A DNA stretch of 63,916 bases, filler included, from Reticulomyxa filosa (taxonomy: Eukaryota; Protista; Foraminifera): assembly GCA_000512085.1 (NCBI GenBank). It is 19 parts of 19 records of this genome, joined end to end, with 100 filler letters (N's around TTAATTAATTAA, not from the genome) between each part and the next. Parts side by side here need not be neighbours in the genome. Positions count along the whole stretch, not along the records: positions 39,504 to 42,174 come from ASPP01024345.1; positions 42,275 to 43,790 come from ASPP01034381.1; positions 43,891 to 48,073 come from ASPP01027482.1; positions 48,174 to 49,752 come from ASPP01034164.1; positions 49,853 to 56,460 come from ASPP01020506.1; 14 more parts are not named here. The stretch is one strand, 5' to 3'. The stretch's first letter is position 1. Each line of letters opens with the position of its first letter. The notes under the pieces were generated by a model. The model saw only the letters and a list, made by a program, of their open reading frames with translations, did not search any database and was not told the DNA's origin. Below are positions 39,504 through 52,210 of this stretch, piece after piece. The translations under genes were made by a program, and so were the position numbers.

Positions 39504-40271
39504 AACAATATTTTTCATGTCCATTGAAACATGTAATGATTTTGATGTTTCAACATCCCATAAACGAATAGTTTTGTCAAGTGATCCAGAACACAAATAT
39601 CTACCACCATTAAATAATGAGAATTCAATATCATGAACACTGCAAGTGTGTCCTTTGAATATTTGTAATTGTTTATTATGTTTGAAATCCCAAAAACGAA
39701 TAGTGCTGTCAATTGATGAAGAACAAATGACATATTGATGATGATTATGATAATGACATGGTGAAAATTTTGCACAATACACATGACTTGAATGTCCATT
39801 GAATGATTTAATTTGTTTGTTGTTGTCAACATCCCATACACGAACTGTGTTATCACCTGATCCAGAACAAATGAATTGACAATCATCAAGTGTTGAATAA
39901 TCAATGGTCCACACAGCACTTGTGTGTCCGGTGAATGTATTGATTAATTTGGATGATGAACGAGATGTGTCAAACATGAAGACAGGGAAGTCTATGTTAA
40001 ATAAACATTTGATTGACATTTAAAAATAATAATAATAAATGAACTAACATAATTGACAACAAGTTTGTCAAACTCATGGATCCATCCTAATTTAATTTTC
40101 AATATTCGAATCCAATGTTGTATGATTACTTGAATCCTTTCTTCTTCAGACTGTTTATTCACAAATTACAACGATAAACAAAACAATAAAACGGACTCAT
40201 TGAAAGCTTGTAATAAAGCTTACCAACACTAGTTGTGTTGAAGTTCGCTTCTCATTGTTAAGAGTTGTCAT
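39504..40271 (-). CDS. WD40 (G-beta-like) protein with an N-terminal WIRIL motif; 3' truncated or frameshifted
   Basis: QHWIRILKIKLGWIHEFDK exon, then GHTSAVWTIDYS..GSGDNTVRVWD, GHSSHVYCAKFS..IRFWD, GHTCSVHDIEFS..IRLWD. Confidence 0.85.
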
Positions 40272-40470
40272 TTTATTTTTTTTCTTAAGATCGTTTTTGA
40301 TAATGTAAAATGGAAGATATTGAACTTTTTTTCCTGTCAAGGGCAATCAAACGGGTTTTCAAAAATATTTTGGCAACATGAAAAATAGAATTTTAACAAT
40401 TCGTGTGATTTTTTTCAATGAAGATAACAAATTTTTTAAAAAACTTTTCCAAAGCTTGGCATGCGCAAGG

Positions 40471-40550
40471 TTTTCAACAAAACTTTGAAAACAGCTGTTC
40501 AACTTTTTTGTAGTTTTAAAGAATGCTTGAAAACAAAAAAGAAACTTTGA
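40471..40550. repeat. Dispersed non-coding repeat (second copy ~45030-45103)
   Basis: TTTTCAAC..AAACTTTGAAAA.AG..TTTTGTA.TTTTAAA.AAT..TTGAAAACAAAAAAG.AACTT.GAT on two contigs. Confidence 0.6.
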
Positions 40551-40683
40551 TAAAAATGTATTTAATACAATTTTTATAAACTTTAAGTGTGTTTATTTCT
40601 TGTTTTTAAATTGATTATTGTTCTGTCAAGCTTAAAGAGTAAGAATTTGAATGTTTAACTTTGATACTTTAAAACTGTGTAAG

Positions 40684-40735
40684 CATAAATTACATAAATT
40701 ACATAAATTACATAAATTACATAAATTACATAAAT
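40684..40735. repeat. 9-bp tandem repeat (CATAAATTA) x~5.8
   Basis: Read directly. Confidence 0.95.
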
Positions 40736-41259
40736 GAAATAGTTGAATACTTCTTTTTCAAATTACTTTATCGTAAAAGATATTTAATGCACAAAGCGTT
40801 GATTGATGTTTCTTTAGATGATGGCACAGCTTTTGGAATACGACAATTTGTAAGTGGAGACCATTGCAAAGAGGATATTTATAACGTTAACATAATTAAA
40901 ATATACAATCTTTTGTTTTAATTTTAATCTAATTTTCTTCTGGAGTGGATTTTGTTAGTAAAGGATAAAATTGGAGTGGAATTTGTTTGTTTCTTCTATT
41001 TTTAATTTGAAATATTTAAAAGACTTGGAGAAAAAAAAGAATAATTAAACCAACATGCAATACAATACAACTTGATTGCATTAAGTGATAGTCTATTGAC
41101 TGTTTTGTTTAGAACAATACTGGTAAAAATAAAATTATGTCATATGTTCATTTGTTATTTTATCTGATAGTTCAACAATGAATATTTATAACATGTCAGC
41201 AGTGATTTTGTTTTATACACATTTATCAATCTTTTACAGAATATTTTGGTAATTAATAA

Positions 41260-42165
41260 TTTCATTAATCCTTCTAAAGACACATCCCACATTCGAATAG
41301 TTTTGTCATTTGAATATGAAATAACTTTAGAACCATCTGATGAAACTGGTTGTTGTTTTTGTCTTTTTATTTGAATATTTTTGGAAAAAGTGTTTCCATA
41401 AATAGAGAAATAATTTCCTTCATTTGCTGTTTTTATTGTTTATTATAATCTCATTGTTCAAATAATTCATAGATTTTACCCTTTGTTTGATGGCATGTTT
41501 CAAGTAGTCCAAAATACTATATGACAACCATAAAAAAGAAAAATATTGTTCTTTAGATCTTTTATGCAACTTTGTAAATTATTATTTGCAGAGACAATAC
41601 CTAAAGCATTCACCTTCAATCTAACTTCAGAGTATTATTGAATTACATAAAATGCTTGAATATTGCATATTTATATTTGTCGATTTCCATGACATTGTCA
41701 TTTAAAAAAATGTAGAAAACATTGAACAACATCTTTAGACACTAAATAGTTCTATGCATTTAATTTTCTAATAAAATAAATTATGATTATTGTTATTACA
41801 AAATTTATTTGTATATATTTCCGCTTTCTCAAAAATATCAAGACTTATTGCCTTGTAACTTTACTTTTCGAAAATTCACAATGTTCGTGTTGTTGAATTG
41901 GGCATTTGTCATTGTTTTGTTTCAAATAGCTTTGCAGACATTCCTCTCCAAACAAATACACTTGTTCTGCATTTTCATGTTCATCACAATGCAATTCCAC
42001 TGCATTATTTGCAATTTGTTTGCAAATATGGCAGACTAATGGATTTACTTTGTCTGGTTTAGTGGTCAACAAAACCCAGTCTTTGCCATAACAACCAGAA
42101 CTGAAAAATGTTTCTTTTTCATGTTCCGGTTTTTTTTCATCTCTCTCCACGTTCAAGACCAACAT
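41260..42165 (-). pseudogene. RING/TRAF-type zinc finger + WD40 pseudogene
   Basis: LVCHICKQIANNAVELHCDEH..GEECLQSYLKQNNDKCPIQQH then a stop; one WD40 remnant SSDGSKVISYSNDKTIRMWDV at ~41280-41345. Confidence 0.7.
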
Positions 42166-42589
42166 AATCTTTTTNNNNNNNNNNNNNNNNNNNNNNNNNN
42201 NNNNNNNNNNNNNNNNNNTTAATTAATTAANNNNNNNNNNNNNNNNNNNNNNNNNNNNNNNNNNNNNNNNNNNNAAGAATGGGAAGCGCATAGCAAATAT
42301 GACGATATTTATGTTTTCTCACATAAGAAAAGGAAAATGAAAATAAAAAAAGGAGACAAATGTGGCTCCCAATGAAAGCGACAAGGAACAAAAAGAAGTG
42401 CTACCACAACAGAAATGATTTTTTTTTTAAATTCACTGGCTTGCTCAATTCACCAAATATCATTAAATACTTATTAAAAAAGCAATACTTTGAATTTGTC
42501 AGATCAGTCTTAAATCAGCAAAAATAATAATATGCTTTTGCACTTTTCGCACTGCTGCTCCTTGCATTTGTCATTTTTTTTTATTAAAA

Positions 42590-43790
42590 ATTGTAACGAA
42601 AAGGACGAGATCATTTGTCTATACAACAGTATGTGGAGAGCTTGAGAAATGTTGCGCTGTGCTGAAATTGTTGGGTGAACTGTTTGAACTGAAAGAGCTA
42701 AAAGGGGTCTTGAGTGAAAAATGATCAAGATAAACGAGCAATTGGAAAAAGGAAGAACAATTGTACTTATTATTGAAAGAAAAGATGTGCAGCGCATACT
42801 TGCGCATAGCATCAACGGACAAAGTCCTCCGAGCAAATGTGCATTTGCATATATTTTCCTTTCTGGAGACCAGCTCTTTGGCCTGGCTGCATGTGCTTTC
42901 TCGTTATTTTCATCAATTGTTTATTTCCAACCCTTTCGTGTACAAATCAATTTTGAACAAACACCACCATTTCTATTTCCATTATTATTATTATTAATTA
43001 ATTAATTAATTTATTTTTATCAATACAATCAAATGGTGCATGTACGCATGTGCAATGTGTTTGTGATAGACGTCAAATAAAAAGTTTGCATTGAAGGTAA
43101 CAGAGACAACACCCGATAGAGAGAAAGAGGTCTTTGATGGAAATATTAAAGTTTTTGAGAAATCAACACATGTCAATGGAGAAATTTTCCTGGCATCGTC
43201 TGCAGAAATGGACGCTGTGCAAGGGTCATCACTTGTGCGCGTATCCGACACGCGTGGTACAGACAAAGTCGCTGCCGATGTACCGATCCTAGTATCAACT
43301 AGCAATAAAAACACATGGTGTCATTTTGGAAATGGTATATATAAACAACAAAAATGACAACGATAACTACAAGTACTTGAAGCAGCTGATATCGATCCTC
43401 GACCCACAACAACGACGTTATCCCAACAACGCTTTTTCGCAGACTACGTCACAAATGCAAGTGGGACCCCATATTGCGCGAAGGCATGACAAAGCTGTTG
43501 GACAACTTGGAGGGACGGTATATTAGTTGGCAGAAACCAAGATTTTGTGGACTACACGTGTGTGTGTGTGTGTTGTCGTCGCAGCAGCTTCGAAGCTTAT
43601 GGAGACGACGGATCACAGGTCCAATGTTTGGGGACAATGACCAAAGCCAGTTGCCAGCATGACCATAAACATCACCGATAACAATAGCAATGGAAATATG
43701 TTATGCGAATGCCATGCAACAACAGGCTTTGTAGTGTACTACGCACGGACAATCTTACCATTTTCTGCTCTTTTTTGGTGGCACTGAGAT
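42590..43790 (+). pseudogene. Unidentified coding-like, frame-disrupted region
   Basis: Short co-oriented ORFs with higher GC separated by intron-like AT tracts; no motif recognised. Confidence 0.3.
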
Positions 43791-43890
43791 NNNNNNNNNN
43801 NNNNNNNNNNNNNNNNNNNNNNNNNNNNNNNNNNTTAATTAATTAANNNNNNNNNNNNNNNNNNNNNNNNNNNNNNNNNNNNNNNNNNNN

Positions 43891-44523
43891 ATTTTCAGCG
43901 ACTGATTTTAATCAAAATGATAACAACACAGGAGAGGAGACATGGAACTTCAATAACGATTCCACTTCCCCAAAGCAAAATGCGGAAAATGATGATAATG
44001 AAGGAAACGAAGACAATTGTATTGAATGCACAGTACAACCACTCGTTGAATTGCAAGAGAAAGATGTTCCTACTGGTACAAGCGATGAAACAAAGCTTTA
44101 TGAATTGTTGAGTGATAGTTACTATATCTTTGTTGTCACTTAATAAATTATATAATCTTATATTTATAATTGATTATGTGCAAATATTCAAGCCATTTTA
44201 AGCAATTATATCGATGGGGCAAAGATGTAACAAATAATCCAATGTGGAAAGCTCGATCTAAAGATAGTGTAATTGAATTTTGGCAAGGTAAATCGGGAAA
44301 GATTCGTATGATTTGTAGAGAAAATTTAACAGAAAAATTACGATTGAATCAATTTGTTCCGATAGACATTAAATTGATTGAGAAAGGCGAAATTTCTTGT
44401 CAATGGGGTCCATCAATAGATGAAACAATTGCTCAAGAAGAATTTAATCAAGGTTTATCACAATGGGCAATCAAATTTGAGACTCTTGAAACGTGTAAAA
44501 AATTTCAAGATGTTACGATGTGA
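43891..44523 (+). CDS. Ran-binding domain (RanBP1/Nup50-like) protein, 5' truncated, one intron
   Basis: TVQPLVELQEKDVPTGTSDETKLYE|FKQLYRWG..WKAR..GKIRMICRENLTEKLRLNQ..WAIKFETLETCKKF. Confidence 0.85.
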
Positions 44524-44572
44524 ATCTGAAAATAACAAAGTCATCAAAGACAATAATTGTGATTTATTAATT

Positions 44573-44691
44573 AAATCAAGATCAATAAATTTATTTTTCA
44601 TTAAATCTTAATCACTTTTTATGTTGCAAATAACAAAATCAAGACCAATTAATTTATTTTTCATTAAATCTTCATCACTTTTTCTGTTGCA
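44573..44691. repeat. Tandem duplication, 63-bp period, in the 3' flank
   Basis: AAATCAAGAYCAATWAATTTATTTTTCATTAAATCTTMATCACTTTTTMTGTTGCA twice. Confidence 0.9.
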
Positions 44692-45329
44692 TCTACATAC
44701 TAAAACAAATTTTTCAAACAAATAAACTTTAATTTCTTTTCTAATAAAAAAATAAATTAGACCTTCAAATGAACAATAACATTATTTATATACTTTTTCT
44801 TTTTCAATGCAATTAATTTAATATATAATATGCTATTATCTTCTATATTATTGTCATTTGGAATGTTTCGAATATGAACACATCAAAAGCATATTTAAAT
44901 TGCATTTAAATATTTAGATTTTAATTTTATTTTTTAAAAAAAGATCTTAAATTCGGAGCAAAAGCTCTTAAATGAGATATACGAAATTCTTTTTTAAAAA
45001 TTACACTTAATGTCATGTTTTTTCAAAAGATTTTCAACACAAACTTTGAAAATAGTGTTTTGTAATTTTTAAAAAATCTTTGAAAACAAAAAAGGAACTT
45101 CGATTGTGCAAATATTTGGGCAAAGTCAAAGATACTTTCAAGATTCAGTCATACATCGTTGGCAAATGTTGATGGTAAAACTTAGTCAATTCGGTCATCA
45201 TTTTATACATCAATGTACCAAAACTCCACCAATCTAATGCTTTGGTACAACCTTTTACATATTGTCATTACATTAATATACATATATGTATATTAATATG
45301 TGTATGCGTGTAATATCTTTTCAATACAT

Positions 45330-47372
45330 TGGAAAGTGTTGATATAACCACTTCAATGGATATAAAATGGCTTCTTGATGACAATCGTCGTGTTTGTGTC
45401 AGTTTTTCTTCCGAGTAAGGTATATCAAAGATCTATTACATGTATATACATATATACGTGTGTGTGTGTGTGTGTGTTATATTTGCTATTTGATAGATTG
45501 TAAACGATTGGTGCAAACTATCATGTCTGCACGAGAAGCTGTCAGTGAATCTGAAGATGTTGAGGAAAGCTATGAAGAGGATAGCCAAGAAGAAGCATAC
45601 GAAGACGAAGAAGAGTCTCAACATGCTGATTGAGGTTTTGGAAATAAATGAGGAAATGATTCTTGTGCATTTACTAATGTATTTAAATGTATTTTTTTGT
45701 CAATATTATTTTTTAAAATCATGTGATTATCTTGTGTGCAGACTGACAAGAATGAACAAAGTGGTTGGGGATTGGATGAAAATCCAGTCAAGATTGATTT
45801 TGAAAGTCTGTTTAGCGAATGGAATCTTAACGATAAAAATAAAGATAAAGATAAAGAACAAGATCAAGATAAGGACAAGATGAAGCTTCCGAGGAAGGCA
45901 CAAATCAGAATAATCAGGGACAAGAACAAGGAGAGGACAATTGCGTTAATTCACATTGAAACCTATCGTTGAACTACAAGAAGTTGCTGTCGATACTGGA
46001 CATGAACAAGAATCATTAACTGCATCCATGTTATGCTTTTTTTTGTTCTGTCCAATAAAATAAAATGACAAAAAAATAAAATAAAATAAAATTTTTTGTT
46101 CAGATCTTTTAAAAAATTGATATGAGCATTTCGGACATTCAGTTGTTCATGCCCTCGTCCGACCCTTCTGCAAGGAATGTCTCAGTCGGCGCTTCTCGCA
46201 CGTCTTCGACTGCCATACATCAAAGCACTGGTCATAGTCGTAGCAATAGCACAAGTGCAAGCACTGGCAGTGGTGGAACAAACACAAGCACTAGTACTGC
46301 CAATAGCACTAGCACCAGCACCAGCAGTAACAGTAGCAATGCTCACGCCAATGCCACTGACGATGATAATGCCGTGCCATCCCACTCCGGGGACAAGGAT
46401 GAAACGACCATCAGCGAGGTCAATTGGGAAGAATTACCACCCATGCCAATTGGATTTGCACGCTCACTATCTGCTGTTGACAGTGACACCAATGGTACAC
46501 ATACACATACATATACATATATATATGTATACATATATATATATTATATATAGTATATAATGTCCAATTAAATCACTGAACATATAGTCTCGGACGAGTC
46601 GATGCCAGACATTGGTACAACGCAAGGCCAAAATCAATTGCAAAGCCACTCGGTGAGTTTGCCAATGCTACGGGCTGAAGATGGTAATCGGATGAATGAT
46701 GGACTGACAAGGAATGATATCTATACTCTCACGTATTCGTTGCTATCCACTCCTAAAAGCGACCGAGAATGGAGTGAGTCGATGCGATGGCTTCCTTTGC
46801 AAAAAGGGAGTTCAAGTCATAGTGCAGTACTTCCCAACGCGTCCGGTTCGTTGTCACAAAAGAGCAAAGATAGCTTGAAAAAATGCACACAATTAAATTG
46901 GACACCTTTGAAGGACATCTTTTTAATGATTGATACTATTGTTGCCAATCAGCTATACTATTTCAAAGTATTCGAAACAAGCGCTTATTATTGTCGTCAA
47001 TTTTTATGCGAAAATAAAGACTTATTAAACTGCATTTACACATTTTTGTTGGGAGATATCAAAACTTCTCAAAATGAATTGAATGTACAATGCATGATCG
47101 AATATCACCAGTCTTTATTCCATCATTACATATTCGCCAAACGGGATGTCATTGCCGATTACTGGCAAAATCAAATCGATTTTTATCACAAAGAATGTCA
47201 AGAGCACAATCTTTCGTCTGATTCTCACACTCAGCCTTCTTCTATTTCCAATACTCAGCAACACTGGCTGCTCTGGAAAAAAAAATGGCAGAGAAAGGTG
47301 CGCATGAACTTATTCTTGTGGTGCACTGCGTTTACCTCCAATCGAGTCTGCTTGAATTATGTTCTTGAGTAA
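45330..47372 (+). CDS. Multi-exon hypothetical protein (acidic and S/T-rich tracts, helical C-terminus); 5' end uncertain
   Basis: ORFs 45736, 46122 and 46602 joined by GT-AG AT-rich introns. Confidence 0.55.
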
Positions 47373-48173
47373 ATCCTTTTTTTTTATACTAACTCTTTTT
47401 ACATAAATAATATTCACAAAAATATTTTCATGTGATTCACATTCTTTCTTACATTTCTTCAGTTTTCTTCCTTTCATAAACTGATAAAAGGGGATTGATT
47501 TGAAATGTTTATTGCAAATTGTCTTTGAGATTTAATATGCTTTTTTTTTTGTGTTTTAACTTTTTATTAATAATTTCCCTTATGCACCTCTTATTCTGAT
47601 AACAACAATAACCAATTAAAAGTAATAGATTGATGATACAACGCATTTTTCTTAATACTTATTCTATTTATTTACTTGTGAAAGAAGCGAAGTAATTGCA
47701 CTAAAAATCAATCCAAAGTGCCGTTTATCTAGCTGTTTTTTTTGTAGTTTTTTTAGCCAAGAATTTTTTTTTAAAAATTTTATTTGCCAAATCCTAGCAA
47801 TTCATTCATGTGTGATGTATTTTATTTGTTTGTAATTCGGTCGACAGAAACTGACAATCTTAAAGAGGATGCCAGTTTGTGATCACTCACTGGCACTGAG
47901 ATTTCGAATGGACCAGTAAAACTTGACCAGTTGTAATAACAAAAAATATGCTCAAGTTTTTTTTTCATCAAATAATTTTAAAAAATTTTTTGTTTTTATG
48001 TTTTTCTTCAGATCAGAAAAGAAACAAGATTGGTACTTGGCTTGAGGTTAGATCCAACATTATCTTATTACTCNNNNNNNNNNNNNNNNNNNNNNNNNNN
48101 NNNNNNNNNNNNNNNNNTTAATTAATTAANNNNNNNNNNNNNNNNNNNNNNNNNNNNNNNNNNNNNNNNNNNN

Positions 48174-49130
48174 AAGCGAGGATTGTTTGTGATCCGAGTC
48201 TCCAATATTTGAAACGATGACGTCCATAATGTGAAGTTACGAAGCCCTACTGGAGCTTACGAGTGACCACTGCTATCGTCATGGAAGCAAATCCACCAAA
48301 GGAGATTACTCAAAATGCGAGCAAGTCTGCTTGCGTTTGGATTGCATGCTGAAATTACACTGTGTCGATTATATAATCCACAATCTTCGAGCTCGGTATC
48401 ATTAGATGAACGGACAATGAATCTTTGAGGAAATCGATATCGACAATGCAATATCCGAACTGTCTCAAAAAGATCAAAACGCTGATCATGACACAAAGGC
48501 AAAGACAAACTCCAACTTTGATGTATAGCTCAAAAACATGTATTAAAACATGTTGACATTCCAAAAAAACCAATTCGACAGAAAACTGCTAATTCCCTCC
48601 GGTCACCGTTCATCTGATATTACAAAGGCGTGATTGAATTCAATGGAAGCTACTGAATGAGCGTGACAATACCAAGTGGAAGCCCGAAGGGAAACTCGAT
48701 CGTTGTGGAAATTGGCGCTAATTTTATGGCGCAGAACAACAAGCGAAATGCAGAGATGCGTAGGGACCTTTGGCCCACTCAAAAAGCAAGTTGAGCCATG
48801 GCACGCAAAAGAGCAAGAAAGACGAAGCCCACACCAAAAAAAACGACAACAACGAATATGCTTAATAATAAAAAAAAAATAAAAAAAAATAGTGACTTCC
48901 CTCATTGGATCATCAAGCAAAACATTGGATAATGATTGTTATTCGAAATGCTCGTGTTCATGACCATACGTCCATTCAACAAGGCCAAGATATATCCCTC
49001 ATCACAAGGGCGATGACAAGAGCGGATGGACTTTGTAGTTGGAGAATATCGTGGATAAAAAGAAAAAAAGAGTATTCTAAAACTCCAAATGGAAGCTGCT
49101 TAACTGGTATGATAATGTCCAATGATGATT
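48174..49130 (+). pseudogene. Decayed coding-like region, possibly a LINE endonuclease/RT linker relic
   Basis: ELTSDH and KQVEPW-type fragments in the expected order; many stops. Confidence 0.25.
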
Positions 49131-49852
49131 AAATGATAAGGAGTCCATGTTCTATTCTATTTATTAGTCAATTGTTTCGAGACATCGGACTGATATTGCG
49201 TGAGCAAATATTTGGGTGCTGCTATATCATTTGTAACAAAAAGCAACAACAACAAAGATTCAATTTATCACGCCACAAAAATTTTCTGCTGTTGCGCATG
49301 TCCCTCTTTCTTGTCACCTGACGTTATGATCGTGATTGGGTCCTTGCTTGAAAAAGTATTTTTTTGTTATATACATACTCAACATAACATCTTTATACGT
49401 ATATTGGTTATATTTTTATATGTGTTGCTTGAAATTTTGAATAGATATTTAAAAGTGTGCAAATGAAAATGAACAATTGTCACTGTTTATATTGCCATTG
49501 ATGCTGCAGTGCGTTCCCAGCAATAATGGCAACAGCAACAGTTGCAATAGGTATCAATGGTTGCAGAAATGAAAGTAAATAAAGTGACAAATCATTGTCA
49601 AATTGTTGCTGATGAAAATTCAATATAACGAATCATGGAGCCACACTACAACATGTGTGCCTATCGTTGAACAAATATCGATTAGTGACGGCATGAATTG
49701 GATATGGATCATTGTATTGCGTTTTGAATAGCGTATAATTTGAAAAAAAAAANNNNNNNNNNNNNNNNNNNNNNNNNNNNNNNNNNNNNNNNNNNNTTAA
49801 TTAATTAANNNNNNNNNNNNNNNNNNNNNNNNNNNNNNNNNNNNNNNNNNNN

Positions 49853-49893
<41 letters not shown>

Positions 49894-49894
49894 G

Positions 49895-51625
49895 AGCATT
49901 GACAGCATTATTTTACAACAAACCATACATTGTTGATTCCGTCAGGATTTGCAGCAATCTTAGTGCTGTCGAAAATGATAACATTATTAGGATTGTACAA
50001 AACGCTACCGGCATATCGAGACATTTTTAATGTTCGACAAGAAATGGTGGCCATGTTGGTGGCAATGTGCTCGCTTATACTTATCTTTGTGTCGTGGACC
50101 ATTGCAAATCGAACTGGAATTTATTTCTGGTGGTTACGTCCGTTGCTATTAAGTTAAGAAATCCCCCCTTTTTTTTTTTTTTTTTTTTTTCTTCCCTTTT
50201 CTCTGAACTCTTGCTTCCAAAACATAAACAAAGAGAGATGACTGGTGCAGATATACAAGCACACATTTACGTAATATATACACATACATATACATATATG
50301 TATGTGTATATATGTTCTATGTTCTATCATATAAAATACACACGTGTAATTATAGCAATTGAGTGCTGGACATTTGAAATGGTAATGACGGCATTTGTAC
50401 TGTACACAAACCGCGCGTATGTACGTATACAGTACCGATCAATTTTGTGTTGTTGTTATGGTTGTCCATCGAAAACAATCCCACAACAGCAGATTGAATT
50501 GAAGCGACGACTCAGTCAATCGTTAACGGGCAAGGAACGTCGACTGAGTTTCCATCTGGCCAACCAAGTGCACATCGATACCAATTTGATGTTCTCTTTG
50601 CCGATAAGGAACGGGTCGCCTCCTCAAGCAACCCAGCCCTCTCCCAACGACAAAGACGATACCTTGACGCCGCCACTCGTAGGCGCTCTTACAACAGTGC
50701 GATCGAGCAGCGACGTGGATAAAACGACGATGAAGGATTCGATCGAGTCCGACGAAGAGGAGACCACGAAGCAAACGGAAGACCGCGGAGACGAAGAAAA
50801 GCAATCGCCCAAAGTGCAAGCCGAACAGAAGGCATCGTCGAGGAACGAAGTTGCGCAATTGGCGGTGTTGGACGTCAATACTGGGACAGATTTGTTGCGA
50901 TCACGTTCCCAGTCCAAGACATGGAAAGCGGGCCAATCCAACGAAAAAAATAATAATAACAACAAACATAAACATAAAAAGACGACTCAACCTTTGGAAT
51001 TGCGACAGCTTTTGGCAGATAAAGCTGGTTTCCATTTATTTATGGAACATTTATTTGCTGGTATGTATGTGATGTGTGTATATATGTGCATATATATACA
51101 TATATGTATGTACATATATATATATGTACTTACACGTATATGTACCATCTTTAATTTGCGTATCTTTTTTTTTTTTTTTCTCTCCAAAAAATAATTTTAG
51201 AATTCTCCCCCGAATCGCTGCTGGCTTATTTAGAAATGTGCCAATTTCATCACAAATACTGCCAACGATCTGTGACGGATTGCGAATTTCATAGACGCTT
51301 CACGGTGAACGAATCGCTGCCTCGCTCCGCCATTGTTTACAATGAATCCTTCACTGTCTCAGAACAAATCCGGGTTTTGGTAGAAAAATATATCAATCAG
51401 GGCTCTTTGTATGAACTGAACCTCGCTTATGATGTGCGGTTCGCTTGTCTTGAACAGTGCAAATGGGATAACACGACTGGCAAATCTACACATGAATTGG
51501 CCACTCTTTTCGATCCTGTTGTGTCCTCTTTGTATGATTTAATGGAATCAGACTCATTCCAACGCTTTGCTTACACTGAGTCTTTTCGACAGTATACTCT
51601 CAAACACGCATCTCCTCCAAAATGA
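49895..51625 (+). CDS. Multi-TM + RGS protein (7TM-RGS-like), 5' truncated
   Basis: TM segments flank the RDIFNVRQEM loop, then LRQLLADKAGFHLFMEHLFA|EFSPESLLAYLE..KYINQGSLYELNLAYDVR..LMESDSFQRF. Confidence 0.85.
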
Positions 51626-52210
51626 TAACCAAATGTCACAGTGCCGGAATCCATACTTTACAATATTATCCTCTCTTCGCTTGCCTTTTTTTTCTTTTCC
51701 ACTTCTAAGTTTTCCACATGGGAAGTATCTACCATGTGCATCTACGCATACTTCATTTAATTGCTCTATGTGCAGTATCCATTGTTTTGCTTTTCTTTTT
51801 TCTTTTTTGGTTGGTGCCACACAAAAAATAAGAAACCGGAAAAACACCAACAATTATTAAAGGGATTGTTTTCATTCCATTTTTGTTAATAGATATGTTT
51901 GATTTTTTTATATGAGCTTTTTTAAAATTTTACAGTGCATACTTACTCAACATCAATTCGGTCCTGATTGCATTATCCATTTCATCCATTTTTGAAAGCG
52001 TTTTTATCCGTTTAGACAAATCCCTGTGCAATTTGTACTTTTCAATAAAATAATTTTTAAAAATTTTCATTTTGTTTGTTTTGTTTACTTTAACAGAGAA
52101 TATTGAGTAAAATACAAAACCCAATGGTCACTCCTGTAAAAATTGTAACAGTTTTGTTTTTAAAAGTTTGTGTTGTCCCTTGTGAATTCAAACTTCAAGG
52201 GGTTTTGAAA

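Noticed and set aside
42994-43011. TTAATTAATTAATT resembling the linker
   Set aside because: No flanking Ns; a natural AT-rich intron microsatellite.
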